In this document: one piece after another, positions 24,741 to 37,790 of the stretch
Layout: each line of letters opens with the position of its first letter
How positions within the stretch are numbered: the first letter of the stretch is position 1
NCBI GenBank assembly: GCA_052426225.1
Contig: JBNJNM010000013.1
Coordinates: 1,674,001 to 1,738,000, forward strand
Reading direction: 5' to 3'
From: Zancudomyces culisetae HAW-14-8
Lineage: Eukaryota > Fungi > Kickxellomycota
DNA length: 64,000 nucleotides
Notes under the pieces: generated by a model
Database searches by the model: none
What the model saw: only the letters and a program-made list of their open reading frames with translations
What the model was told of the DNA's origin: nothing
Made by a program: the position numbers and the translations under genes

Positions 24741-27700
24741 TTACCAAGGTCTACTATTATTATTAGAATTATTATTATTAGTTGATCCTGAATAATATGA
24801 TGAATGCATATAATATCCTCCTGTACCCATTCCTGGCTGTTGTTGTTGTTGCTGCTGTTGTGGTTGTGGTTGTGGTTGTGGTTGTTGTTGTTGATATGGT
24901 TGGTACATTTGTTGTTGAGTATTGGTATTAGGATAATAATAACCCATTTGTTGAGGTTGCATTCCTCCCATATTCATCCCACTCATCCCACTCACTCCAC
25001 CCATTCCGCCCATTCCACCCATTGCACTCACTCCACCCATTCCGCCCATTCCACTCATTCCACTCATCCCACCCATATTCATACCCATTCCACTCATCCC
25101 ACTCATCCCACTCATCCCACTCATCCCACCCATTCCATTCATATTCATTTGAGGTTGTAATTGTGGTTGAGGCATGATGGTTTGTGGCTGAATAAGACTG
25201 GTAGTTCCAGCAGTAGTACTGCTAATAGGCGTATTACCTAATGAAAACGATTGGAATTGCGATGTTAATGAACTAGCATTATTTCCAATACTCCCACCAC
25301 CAATTGGTGTTGGTGTTGTTGTTGTTGTTGGTATTGTTGAAACTGTTGTCGTTGGAAACATTGCACTGCTAGCTTGGAACAACATGTTGTTCTTGTGCAC
25401 AGCTTCTCTCATCTCATCCAATTGCCGTCTCTGTTGCTCCAACATTGCTCCCTGACTCATCAGCTTGATCCGCCCATTCTCCAAATCCTGTCTTGCCTGC
25501 TGCTCCTTCAGCTGCTTCAACTGTTGCTCTATTTGCTGCGCCTGTTCGCGCTGCTCTTTTAATTGTTGCTGCTGTCTAAATGCTGCTGCTGCTCGCTCCA
25601 ACTCTTCCTTTTGCTCCTTTAGCCGCTGCCTCTCGCGTTGCAACTCTTGCTCCATTTCCATTTGCTTTTGCCGTAATCTTGCTGCCTCCATTTCCGCTTG
25701 TGCTTGTGCTTGTGCCTTTGCCCTTGCCTCTGCCTCCATTCTTGCTCTTGCCTCTGCCTCCATTCTCGCTCTTGCTTGTGCCTCTGCCTGAGCTTGTGCT
25801 TTTGCTCTTGCTTCTGCCTCCATTCTTGCTTTGGCTTCTGCTTGTGCTTTTGCCCTTGCCTCGGCTTCCATTCTCGCTCTTGCTTGGGCTTGGGCTTGGG
25901 CTTGAGCTTGTGCTTGAGCTTGTGCTTGTGCTTGTGCTTGTGCCATCATCAGCATTTGCTGCTGTTGTTGTTGTTGCATTTCTTGTTGTTGTTTAAGCCT
26001 ATTTTTTTCAAATTCCAACTGTTTGACTTGCATCGCCCTTTGTTGTTCCAATTCCATTGCCTTTAATCTCTGCTGCTGTTGTTGTTGTAGTTGTTGCTGT
26101 TGTTGCTGTTGTTGCTGTTGTTGTCTTTGTTGTTGTGGTGAAATAGGTACAACACTTGGTATTAAAGAAGCAGCACGTTGATTCGAGATATTTACTGGAC
26201 TACTAGTACCAATACCAATACCACTACTAATATTAATATTACTATCAATCGATGCTTTAGTTCCTATCACTGGCCGTTTTTGCTGCTTTAACTTCCACTC
26301 ATCTTTTTCTTTTTCCTCTTCTTTTTCCTCTTCTTTTATCCCCAGCTTCTTTTTAATTGCCCGCTTAATCATTCCAAGTTCTGGCTCGGTAACTACTCCC
26401 AACGATCGAAGTATTTCATCTCCTGCCCCTCCACTCTCATTCACCATCTGTGCCATATCATCTGCTCCCAACCCTTCTGCCACAAACGTCGTATCATATT
26501 TCAATGCCTTATCTGCCGTTATCCCTGCTTGTAACGTAAAGAAATCAAACCAATCATAGCTACTCTGCTGGGTTCTAAGTCCCTTTTTCCACTGTGTTTT
26601 GCTATTTACTTTCTCTTCTCCATGCGTCTTTTCTCGTACATATTGTTGATCTCTAGCCGATAACTTGTCTAGTGGAACATATACCTCATTTCCATTCCGC
26701 TTAACTAAACACACCTTGTTTTCCTTTTGTTGCAAACACAAAAAACTCGCCTCTACTTTAAACGTCCCACTAATATCTGTCCACTCTCGAAACTCTTCAA
26801 TCCCTTTACCATCTCCCCCTCTCTCTCCATCTCCTTTTTCATTCCTCTTTGTTTGTTGACTAATTTGCTCACTAATACTACCCTTGTTACTACTCATACT
26901 GTTTTTCGCCACTGTAGCTGCTCTGCCATCATTTTGTTGTTTTAGAATATCTATTTTACTCGCTTGGTTATACCCAAATGTATTTACTTTTCTATCATCC
27001 TTTTCTTGTTGTTGTTGTGGTGGTGGTTGTGGTGGTTGTGGTTGTTGTTGTGGTTGTGGTTGTGGCGGTGGTGGTGGTGGTGGAATCACTGCCTTTATAG
27101 CAATTGGCGCTTTCACACTTCCTCCTCCTACCTTTGAACTCATGGATGATACTATTGGTTTGATTTCTCTAACTTTACTTTCAAATCTAGGCCCAATACT
27201 CTGTTTCTGCACCTCTTTTTCTTTTGACTTTTCAATATTTTTGTCTTTTATCATGTGTTCATCTAATCCCCCAACTTTTTTCTCCTGAGTTTGTACAGAA
27301 TTTTCGTCCAAGAGTGTAACAAAATCCATAGGAACAAGCCCCACTTTTCCATTACTGGTATTCTTGGCTGTTATCCACCCCTCCGATTCACATTCTTCCA
27401 GTAGTTCTACCACCGTCTTTTCCTTTGCACTCAACTCATCCGCATTCGTCGCCACAAACGAGTATCTAAGAACTCCCCGTCGGTTTTTCAGTGATCCATC
27501 TTTTTTGCTCTCAAACGATAAATAGTTTTTCGGTACAAATCCGTACCCTGCTTTACTCTTCACCAGGATCCAATCTTCAATACTATCAAGTTGCTCAGCC
27601 TTTTCAAAGACCTCTACTACCTCTTCCTCTCGAATCGATGTTTCCTCGGTTTCTTGTTCCGAATATTCATACAGTGCCGTTGCTTTAAGTATAGAATTTT

Positions 27701-28006
27701 CCTATAAAAACCAAATTTCATTTTTTTATTATTACTTTTTTATATTTGCTCTACATTTACTGTATTAATTAATAGCTTTTATATTATATTATATTATATT
27801 ATTACATTATAATTTTTACTTACTGGTTCGAGATATGACGAAGGTACAAATCCCTCTGCATCTAAATCCTCTTTTATCCGCACCTTGAACCAATCCGCAT
27901 CCTCAACATCTATAAGCAGCACAATTTGGTCTTCTTGGATTGAGAGTTCCTCGGTATCCTGTGCTGAATAGGCATATACTGCTCTGCTCACACCCTTTAC
28001 CGTCAT
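24741..28006 (-). CDS. SLA1: Endocytic adaptor Sla1 (three SH3 domains, SHD1, SHD2/SAM, Q/A/M/G-rich tail), 2 exons
   Basis: Exon 1 (28006-27824) is an SH3 domain ([26 protein letters not shown]). Intron 27823-27702 follows. SH3-2 reads [20 protein letters not shown] and SH3-3 reads [23 protein letters not shown]1 reads [31 protein letters not shown] and SHD2 reads YDWFDFF. Confidence 0.92.
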
Positions 28007-29639
28007 TTTTCTTTTATTTTTTATTTTATTTTTGTTTTATTTTTGCCTTTGCTTTTATAATCTTTGCAAATTCATTAAATTTCCTTATTCTCTCTTTCTT
28101 TTGTTTCTAACTTTCTTTCTTTTTGCTTTCTTTTTCCGATATTTAAATTTCGAAAATTGTCCTTCATATACTTTCTTTTATCCTCCTTCTTCTAATTCCA
28201 CCCTTTTTCCCTTTATTTTTTTTTTCTTCTACAAGAATGTAAAATAGGTATTGGTTTCGTACTTGTATTTTTTAAATTATTACAATATACTTATTTTGTA
28301 TTTATTTTGTGTTCTTGTTTCGCTACTACAATTCGAATGTTTTAATGGGAATTTAGGTATTTTACTATATATTTATAATACTTTTTTAATATTTTTTTTT
28401 GCCTTCATTTTTTTCTTTTTTTATTCTTTACATGTTTCGAGTGGTTTACAAGATTTCAAAAACAAAAATAAAAAAATAAAAAAAATACTCGTTGTTTGTT
28501 CAAAATAAAACCCAATTCAACCTATTAACGAATGACTTTTTTGGGAGGGTGGGTTGGTCAAAGGGATGGGGAGTGTGGTGTGGTGGGTGGGTGAGTTGGT
28601 TATATTTTTTAATGTCCCAAAAATGATAGTGTAAATAAATTGTAGTTTGTTTTTCCCATCAAAATAAATCTCGGATGCATGACAACAAAATTATACATTT
28701 ATAAAAACAGTTAAAAAGATTTTTGCAAACCCTCCCTCTCCCCTTTTACTTTTATTTTTCCCTTTAGTCGTGAATATATTGTAAAAGATTTATCTATCTA
28801 TATATTTATTGTATATTGTTAAATCAAACATGTGATGTAATAAAAATTAATTACTATTGTTGTAGAAATAATTAAATTTCAACTATCAAAACACATAATT
28901 TGGTAGTTGGTAGTTGGTATTTCCAAGACCCAGTCAATAACGTGATACCAAACAATACAGCTTGGCTCGTCCACTCCATAAAACCATTTTAAAAAATTAA
29001 AGCTGGGCATATTTATTTAATGAAAATTTGTAATTCCACATTATTATCAATGTTCGAAAAAGTCAGCCCTCCCCCCCTCCCCCCTGACTTCTTTATGACA
29101 TGGGGAATGATAAGATTTTGATCAAATGCTGTAGACTGGTTTTTATCCATGTACTTGGCACTTGCATCCAAAAAGAGTAAAATATTACACTCAATCATGT
29201 ATTTCTTTTTTTTTTCATTACTCTAATCGATCATGTTATTCTAGGGAGGGAAGGAAAGGGACAGACAGACAGAGAGAGAGAGAGAGAGTGTGTGTGTGTG
29301 TGTGTGTGTGTCAGTGTCAACAAATTTTACGTAAAAGTCTTTAGAATCATCAATCTAAGGTTGGAATCATTGGTGGTGTGGATACTGTAATTTTTGAGTG
29401 ATTGACTGCTTTGAGATACTCTCGGGTCTTGCAATAACGAATGGTGTATTTTTATTTTTTTTTGATTCTTTGGTTTTTTTTTTGACTGTTGACTTCGAGT
29501 CGATTGCCATTATAAATCACTTTTTATTAGCTTTACTAGCTTATAACGATAGAGACCACTTATTTTTATCAAAAAAAAAAAAAAAAGTGGATCGTGGCAA
29601 CTTTGACAACACGACTTTTTGAGATGACTGGTTTGAATC

Positions 29640-31300
29640 TGGAAAACCAAACTCAGGTTATAGTCATAGGGTGAAACCATTTTCATTGCAAAATTTGGTG
29701 GTATGTTCCTAGATTTGGCGTTGGTCTTATCATAACTTTCTTTTTAAGATCAGAGATATTAATAGACAAATAATAGTACTTCTTTGCTAATGAAAATGTT
29801 GATTAAAGTGTTTGAAAGTATTCGGATAATATATTTTTTCCATTCATGACTGCATCGAGTCTATTTATATCTTTGATGTATTCCAAGTTAGTGAGATATT
29901 TAATGATGCGAAACGTCATGCGATTTAGCTCCTCATCAAAGTTCTCAACTTAAAAGTTCGACATTATCCAGTAGAATACTTCTGTAAAGTGAATAGTACT
30001 ATCAATTAGTATTGTTTTAGCCAGTTTTACCCTCTCTGGGGGGAGGGTATCCACATCTTCTTAGTAAGCTACCTCTGATGTGGTTATATGTAGATTTGCT
30101 ACACAGGTGTGCAATATCAACGTACAGTAGCGGAATATAAAAAATTCTATACTGGCTACATTCACTATATCTGGATTGCACACTCCAGATACCAATATTT
30201 TTTCCAACTCATTGTGAAATTTCATTACAACACTCTCCTGAAACTGTTAGAGTTTGTGAATGGCCTCAAATAGTGTCGATAATCTTTACCCATGTTCTTT
30301 GCTATTAAATTTGCACGTCTTATTTTGAACAGCATCACATATGAAGCAGATTCATCAAATTTGAATTCACCTTGGCTGGTTAGAAACATATCACCTTTTT
30401 TTGCCGAGTTGGTGTGCTACAAACAATCATTACTTGGTAAATTTACAACTATGATTTTCGGTTGTAAAGCAGGTTGAACTGCTGCTGCCTCAGATAATAA
30501 TACGGAGAAAATATATGAGCACCACCAAAGACGCCATTTAAGTTCATTTTCCACTATCAAATCCTTGCTCAGATTAGTGGGGGTTCTAATACAATATTCA
30601 TCGACCCTATGTAATTTCATTGAAATAGCCAAACTGGCTGCAAGATGCACATACTTTTTAAATTGTGATGGGATTCCAGTTGTGAAGTAGTATCTGGCTA
30701 AAACTAGCATTGTCCATATACTCAAACAATTTGGATTACTGACTACTGTTCTCATATATTCAGTAACATAATTTAACGATCTTTTACGCCTCTTTTCAGT
30801 AAATATCGTGGAAAGCTTATCATTTTTTAATAATGTTGATCTCATCAGCAAAAGCAAACAAACCACGTATTCCGGTATTTGAGAACTCTTTACATTCTGT
30901 ATAAACTATGGAATTTTTCAAACATTCACAAGCAATGGATAGCGATATATAAACCTACCCATAAGCTCATCTATAACATATGATAGGTGTTTTGATAGTA
31001 CTATATTCTCTGAATCCCTACCAATGATATTTTGAATATTTATACCAAAAATACAAACATTTTAATCAATTTGTGGTACTCACTATAGTATACTGATTGA
31101 CGTTCTCCTTTGTGGTAGTTTTCGCTTTTTTCGACTTTTTGTTCAGCTCTTTAATCAAATTTTCTAGACCCTTCAGATTTGCATACAGGATCTTTTTTAA
31201 GGGTCTCTTGATTTTTTATTGCTTTTTTGGCTAGCTGTCACTACTTGCGGACTTTTTACTCTCAGATAATGGATGTTTGATACAAAATAATGGCAATCAG
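29640..31300 (-). pseudogene. Decayed fungal-specific transcription factor gene (Fungal_trans/middle homology region)
   Basis: ORF 30417-30866 contains LAASLAISMKLHRVD...ENELKWRLWWCSYIFS...VNLP. Protein-like sequence continues on both sides through stops and frameshifts with no compensating splice sites. Limits are approximate. Confidence 0.7.
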
Positions 31301-32791
31301 TGCTCATACACAAATTTGTGCTTACAAACTTTTATTTCTATTGATGATTTTACGTCTTTTGTTATTCGTTCTTTCTAGATTTTTGAGAGTCGATACCCCA
31401 TATCCACATCCTTGATCCTGTACTTTTGTAAAGTCTATTTTTTTGATCAATTCCCTTTGGAATTGGGATTTAAATAAGCCAATGCACAACCTATAGCGAT
31501 TACAGATTATAGGTAGATATCATTCCCGGTTTTTTCTATTCGTGGTAAAATCCAATGGCAATAATCTGGGGATTTATTTACCTTTCCTTTGAATATATTA
31601 TTTTTACGTAATTCTAGTATATTAAACATCTTTGTGTCGGAGTTGATACTTTAATGGTACCAATAAAACCGTACCACACATTTAATGAATGTCTCCATTG
31701 TTTTCCAAATGATTTTACATTCAACATTTCTATTTAACAAACCCACTCTTTCTCTGTTCACAAACGAAATATACAAGCGACCATAGCTATAGTTGGATTG
31801 TAGATCATTCATATAGAAATTGATAGAACTTGATGAAAATGTGATCAATTATCGATACTTTGTGCTTTCAGAGGCGACAGAGCCGTAAATTGATATATCA
31901 AAAACCGCTCCTTGTAATCTCAAAAATATAAGGTTGATGCTTCAAACACTTTTCTATTAAATACCTTTTTCTCCTTCTGTGAAAATAGAATTTTATCCTG
32001 TTTAATTTAAATAGTCTCTTTTCTTCGGAAATATCAATAATCCTTGCACAACTTGCCCCCAAAAGAATCATTCTAATATCAATGGGATATTTCGTTTGAT
32101 TATGCGATTTTACAGATACAGAAATTGTTTAGTTATTCAATACACAAATGCCCCTTTAATTTATTGATTTCCTATACATTTTATTACACCCTAAAATATG
32201 ATTTTGCTTTCTTGATAGATCAACAAAATCACAATGAAAATTCAACTATAAAGTATTCGCGTTAATATATATATAAGCATCTTACTATATAGATTCTTAT
32301 TTAATTTTACAAAGAAAACAAAAACTTTTTACTGTCTTTCCTTCTTCATCTTTCAATAGTGGCTCATGAATACCTTGAAGCTACATTAGTTTGATACCAC
32401 AAAGGCCAATACAATACAATACAATACAATACAATACAACATTAATTTTGGAAACACGTTTTCTGTATCGAAAAATAACTTTCTACCCCTTAACTTGCTT
32501 TTTGAAAAGTGTAATAAATACCAAGGTTTTTTTTAGTATAAATATCTACATAATTTCATTAAAACTCGACAACTAGTTGTCAAGTTCATATTCTACATTG
32601 AACATGGTAACAATATCTCATAATACCATGTCTTAAAAAAAGATAAGCAATGAATATTACCATTTAAAATCTATATGATACTGGCCATCTCAATAAAAAA
32701 CAAGTATACCACTCAGAATGAAAAAATAGACAAAAAGTGGAAGACTGGAAACTTCAATAAAACAATCCTATTCTATTTTTATTTATTGGTA

Positions 32792-33086
32792 TTACTAATA
32801 TCAGTTTTGGTATATCTCGCAATGATTGACATCCAGACAGCCGCTTTAACAATAGAAACTATTCTGGGATTAATTTCGATGTGTATAAACTATTAAAGGA
32901 TATAAATAGAAAATCAAGAGCAGAAACCGAGCAGAAACCGATAAAATCCGCGAAGAAAATAAAAAAAAGCGATCAAAGATGAATTAGAAGTTAGGTGCAT
33001 AAATTATGTGTCAACTACGGGCTAGAGACGAGTAATGAGATATTTATTAGTGCATCTCAGAATATTTCTACCACAACTGATAGTAA
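32792..33086. mobile_element. About 290-bp non-coding dispersed repeat, copy 1 (MITE-like, imperfect terminal inverted repeats)
   Basis: Aligns end to end with 47783-48069. The left end TTACTA(ata)TCAGTTTTGGTA is the approximate reverse complement of the right end TACCACAACTGATAGTAA. Confidence 0.75.
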
Positions 33087-34299
33087 AATTATATAGGCCA
33101 TTCCTTTTAATAATTTTAAATATATTTTAGGTTATGTTTTTATTTTAGTATGTATTCATGTCTTTATTATAGCTATTATCAGTTGATTCAATATGATCGT
33201 ACTTGTAAATAATGAATAATTGACCAAGAGATTAGAATATACATCAGAATAAAAGGGGAAATATTTTTGGATATTTTCAACATTTTATGTGACAACAACG
33301 TAAAGTGGTATAATATAAAAATAATTAATAATATATCTCAAACCTTAGAGATACTTAACGATCTCAATAAACAAAAAGGGCCCGTCTAGAAATCAAAATT
33401 CAAACACAATAACCACAATGAGGTTTTTTAAAAATTTTCTAGATCCGTCCACTCCACGATAACACGATAGATATGACGAAAGGTGAAGTAAAATTTATTT
33501 TACCATAAAATAATTTGCATTTGAATATTGTTGTTTGTTCTAAAATTATAATTACTTACTATGTAGTTTCTGACCTGTACAAAAACCTGTGTTCTTATAA
33601 CAAACCTAATATACAGACCAGTATATTGATGGTTGTTGTGTAAGGAGCTACGTCACTTTAGCCAAACCACCCATCGGTCTACTAATTTTTTTATTGTACG
33701 TGTAAATAACAAGGTACTAATTCGTTTCTGAGAAAATTTCATTTTCAATGAGGTACAGTTAAGTAGAGTTTTTTGTAATTATCATTTTTATAGCAATAAT
33801 TCATATACTAAAGAAATATATTTCAGTAAAAAAATACTAGTACAGGTATTTATAAACCGATAGAAAATAAGTGATGCAAAGGAATACTGTGGTCTGAAAG
33901 GAGATTTGAAACTTTGTAAGGTTTATCGTTTCAGCTTTCAATCAAGGTGTTATGTCATTGCAAATAGTTTTAAGCCAGACAAAGTAAAACATATGCACAA
34001 ACATTTTTAGTTCAAATCAAATGCAATGAATACCCCGATTACTTTACACCCATAGTCCATTAAATTATTTAGACTCTGCAATACAGCCAAAGTTTATTTC
34101 AAAAGTACCCAAAGATTAAATATAACACAAGTAGTATTCGATAATAAACAGTAAAAATTAAATTCATTTAGCTAGTTTACTCTCAGCTAGATAAAATATA
34201 CAGTACTTGAATTAGTTATGCTTAAAATATGATGTCCGATTTGTTCACTATAATTTCCATCCTTAGGCCTACAGTAATCAATCAAAGTGTGATCATTTA

Positions 34300-35800
34300 G
34301 ATTACCCGCAACATTCATTATTGATTCAACATAGAAACTTGTCTCAACGCTATACTTTATGAGTAATTTGATAATTTCTATGTTGTTGTGGCTTCATGCC
34401 TCCTTCAACCCATACTCCTTTGTTAGAATTAAATTTGGATTTTGATCCAACAATAGTTTCAACATCTCAAGATTGTTATTTTCACAATCCTGGATCATGT
34501 CTCTTCTTTTTTACATTTTTATTTTACATTATTCTCAAGAAATAATTTTATAATATCTGTGTTGTTTTTTATATATGTCTCAACTACATAGCTATATTCT
34601 CTAATTTCAAGAATAAATGTAATTTTGAATAGAATTTTGAAGTAGTCTGAGTCACCACTAACATAAAGGTTGTAGCTATGGTGTTTCGATAGTATCTACA
34701 TCCAAGTCATTTAAATTTTATGAATCCTTTTATTTTTGCTCCATGCTCCAACAATATTCTTACTCTTCATAATCTTTGGTATAAAAACTTTGCCAAGAAT
34801 TAACATATTTTGCAATATGAAATACATTTTCTGAAAGTAGTTTCACTACATTCTTGTTATGTAATTGTTTGGCTAGTTTAGTTAGTTTAGAAGAAATATT
34901 GGAATCAAACTTGTAAATTAGTAGTAATTTCAAGATTTCAATATCGGACTTTGCAACTGCTGCTGTCACACCATCCAACAAGTCGCTGTTCTGGATGGAC
35001 TCACCCTTCTCAAGTAAAATTTTAGTAATCTTGTATTCTTGAGAACGATCAGAGTTTTTACTATCCAAACTGCAACCGGTTTGTGATTCTTTTTCCTTTG
35101 ACCCAAATTAGTTTTTCTTTCCAACACTCCCAAACCATCATAATACTCTAGAATCATTTTTACCAATCTAGTATCCTGAACCAAGCACGCACGCTCTAGT
35201 TGGTATCTACAGATATTTCCTAGAGTAGCATTGTTATCCAAAAGATATTTAAGCGTCCTTTTGAGACCCAATCTACATGAAATCCTGACTCCATATCGTT
35301 CTGGGCCACTCTGATTAACTCCATTTTCTACCAAAAGCTTTACCATATCAAAGTTACCCAATAAACACGCCATGTTAATGCAAGGGTATTCTGGATTCTA
35401 TGGTACCACACCTTCATTTCTTATCCAGTTTTCAAATACCCCAAATTTATCTGATTTACATGATTCTTTAAATCTACCAGGCCCTGCATTAAACTTGGCA
35501 CCTGTACTGATAAAGCGATTGATCCAACATATATCACCCGTTTTTTATGCTTTTTTTATAGCATTTTATAATATTCAAACAAACTATAAATGTGTTTTTT
35601 ACCAATATACTGTCACTTTCAATTTGGTTAGGCTCTGAATGGATATGATACCAATCGAGCTCATTTACCATCTATCTATTTCTCTTTTGTTGTATGCAAT
35701 CTTTGTGTACCAAACCACCGCTTCCAGAAAAAATACAAAAAATGAAAGATGGAATTATCACTTTTCGATAATTTTAATAGGTTGAAAATGCTTAATAGGT
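34300..35800 (-). pseudogene. Decayed ankyrin-repeat protein gene
   Basis: Ankyrin repeats ACLLGNFDMVKLLVENG, SCRLGLKRTLKYLLDNNA, AVAKSDIEILKLLL and NNNLEMLKLLL fall in different frames separated by frameshifts and stops. Limits are approximate. Confidence 0.8.
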
Positions 35801-36214
35801 GTGACTGACTTTTTATTGATTTCATCAAACTTTTTTACAGGTTTTATTTTGTTATTAATTTGTTCGTCGCTCAACAATTGGCATTACAAGCTTTTTGGTT
35901 ATGTCATATATATTTGTCTTTAAATCTATTTTTTACTATTTCAGTTAAATCGTTCGATGCTGTGCACCAATTACTAGGCCATAAGTACATATTAAATATA
36001 TTTAATCACCAAAAAAAAGTTTCAAATGTCAGAAAGCTAAGAAATCCAATAAAGGCAAACAAAAGTTGTTACATCAAATTCAAATCAATAATCTAATAAA
36101 CATTTAACCTAAATCAAATCAAAAACAAGTCCAAATCAATTTCATAGAACACTAAAACCAATAAGTATCAGCAAAATAAAGTGAGATTGAATTAAAATTA
36201 TTACCCAGGATATG

Positions 36215-36223
36215 TATAAAAGG
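36215..36223 (+). promoter_or_regulatory. Putative TATA box of the trypsin-homologue gene
   Basis: TATAAAAGG lies about 110 bp upstream of ATG 36326. Similar boxes lie about 95-130 bp upstream of other secreted genes (38101, 45151, 52629, and minus strand near 11180, 60320 and 62050). The AT-rich background lowers specificity. Confidence 0.5.
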
Positions 36224-36325
36224 GGAACAGGCAGAATTCCAAGACATAAATCCCATCTTGATTTCCTTTTATCCCTATAATATCGTATACTTCACAACTA
36301 ATTAACAGAAGGACGGGTTACCAAA

Positions 36326-37417
36326 ATGCTGTTTTCTGTCAAACAATCAGTCTTAAAAGCGATAGTGACAACGCTAGCCCTCTCTAGCCTGAACCCAGCG
36401 TCTGCTGCTGCGGTCAGCAAATCGGGTCTTGCCACCAACAATTTGGTTAATAGTACTACGGATTTACAGAACAATGCACGAATTTTAGGTGGAGAACCAG
36501 CAAAGATCGAAGAGTTCCCATATATGGGAGGTATAGTGGTACGGTTTGGAGAGGATAGTATCTTCTGTACGGGCTCACTGATTTCGGACAAGTTTGTGGT
36601 GACTTTGAGCGCATGTTTTTATTATGGAGGTTATGACACTGAAATTAGTGATATTTCAGTTACACTTGGCACCGATATAAATAGCTTAGAAACAGATGTA
36701 CAGTCATACAATGTAAAGGAATATTATTTTCACCCAGACTTTTCTATTGAAACATCAATAGGGCAAACTAGCATAGGTCTGATTGAACTGTCCCAACCAG
36801 TACCAAAAGACGTTGCAACGCCAGCAAGGATCTATAGTGGAAAAGTTACAGATGATATGGTGTTAACTGCAGCGGGTTGGGGTGAGACTTCGCTTGATGA
36901 TGAATATGGATTTTCCGACACTTTAAATAAAGTTACTGTGTCACCTTCGTCTTCAAAAGATTGTGATGTGGAAGTCGGATTTTGGACCGGTAATGACGGC
37001 CCTCTCATTTGTACAGTTGTTAAAGACAACAAAAGTATATATGTAGGTGATCACGGAGGACCACTGGTATACAAAAATAATGGGGCTAACCTACTTGTTG
37101 GTTTGAACTTTTTACCAGCTATTCCCAATAATTCTACAGACATTGAACCTGGGGAAAATGGATCACTAAACTACTTCACACATCTATATAACTATGCTGA
37201 TTGGATTGCGAATGTTACAGGCATTGATAAATCAACCCTTTTAGATGAAAAGCAATCAGTACCTTCTGGCGATTCTACTAATGTCAATTCTACCAACCCA
37301 CAAGACAGCTCCAGTTCTACTGTGAACAGCTCCAGCTCAAAATCTGCTAGTTTTCTTTCAAAACCGATTACACCTCTTTTACTCGCAATTCCCATTTTGG
37401 TTTTGTCATTGCTCTGA
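36326..37417 (+). CDS. Secreted, probably GPI-anchored trypsin-family (S1A) serine protease homologue with all three catalytic residues substituted
   Basis: Signal peptide, activation site R|ILGG, FCTGSLISDKFVVTLSAC (for TAAHC), TSIGLIEL (for DIAL), AAGWG and GDHGGPL (for GDSGGPL). It ends in a Ser-rich stalk and hydrophobic tail. Confidence 0.9.
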   Translation: MLFSVKQSVLKAIVTTLALSSLNPASAAAVSKSGLATNNLVNSTTDLQNNARILGGEPAKIEEFPYMGGIVVRFGEDSIFCTGSLISDKFVVTLSACFYYGGYDTEISDISVTLGTDINSLETDVQSYNVKEYYFHPDFSIETSIGQTSIGLIELSQPVPKDVATPARIYSGKVTDDMVLTAAGWGETSLDDEYGFSDTLNKVTVSPSSSKDCDVEVGFWTGNDGPLICTVVKDNKSIYVGDHGGPLVYKNNGANLLVGLNFLPAIPNNSTDIEPGENGSLNYFTHLYNYADWIANVTGIDKSTLLDEKQSVPSGDSTNVNSTNPQDSSSSTVNSSSSKSASFLSKPITPLLLAIPILVLSLL

Positions 37418-37584
37418 TCAATATAGGGAAATAATGACAGAAGTATGATTGCGGTTGTATTATATATTCATTTTTACATGCTACTCATTTGACTTTTGTT
37501 TTTCGAACCCAAAAACTGTCATGATAGATGACATTAATCATACTACTAAAATCAATAAATACAAATAGTTTTCCAGCTATGCAA

Positions 37585-37790
37585 AAATGTTAGTAGAACC
37601 TGTGATATTGTTCTACTTGCTATAAACGGCACAAAATGGTTGTAAATTATCATGGGTTCCAAAGTACTTAAATATTTAAATGAAATGAAATAAATAAAGG
37701 CCTGTAGGAAAACCAATTCTTTCAAACTGTAAAAACCTATAAGCTTCTGTGTAACTAAGTAAATGAGAGTACCAAAATAAGAACTGGCTA
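37585..37790 (-). repeat. Inverted copy of the dispersed repeat found at 50390-50690 and 51650-51940
   Basis: 37689-37739 is an approximately 50-bp exact reverse complement of about 51703-51754 (TAGGTTTTTACAGTTTGAAAGAATTGGTTTTCCTACAGGCCTTTATTTATTT). 37759-37786 matches the reverse complement of about 50397-50425. Confidence 0.85.
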
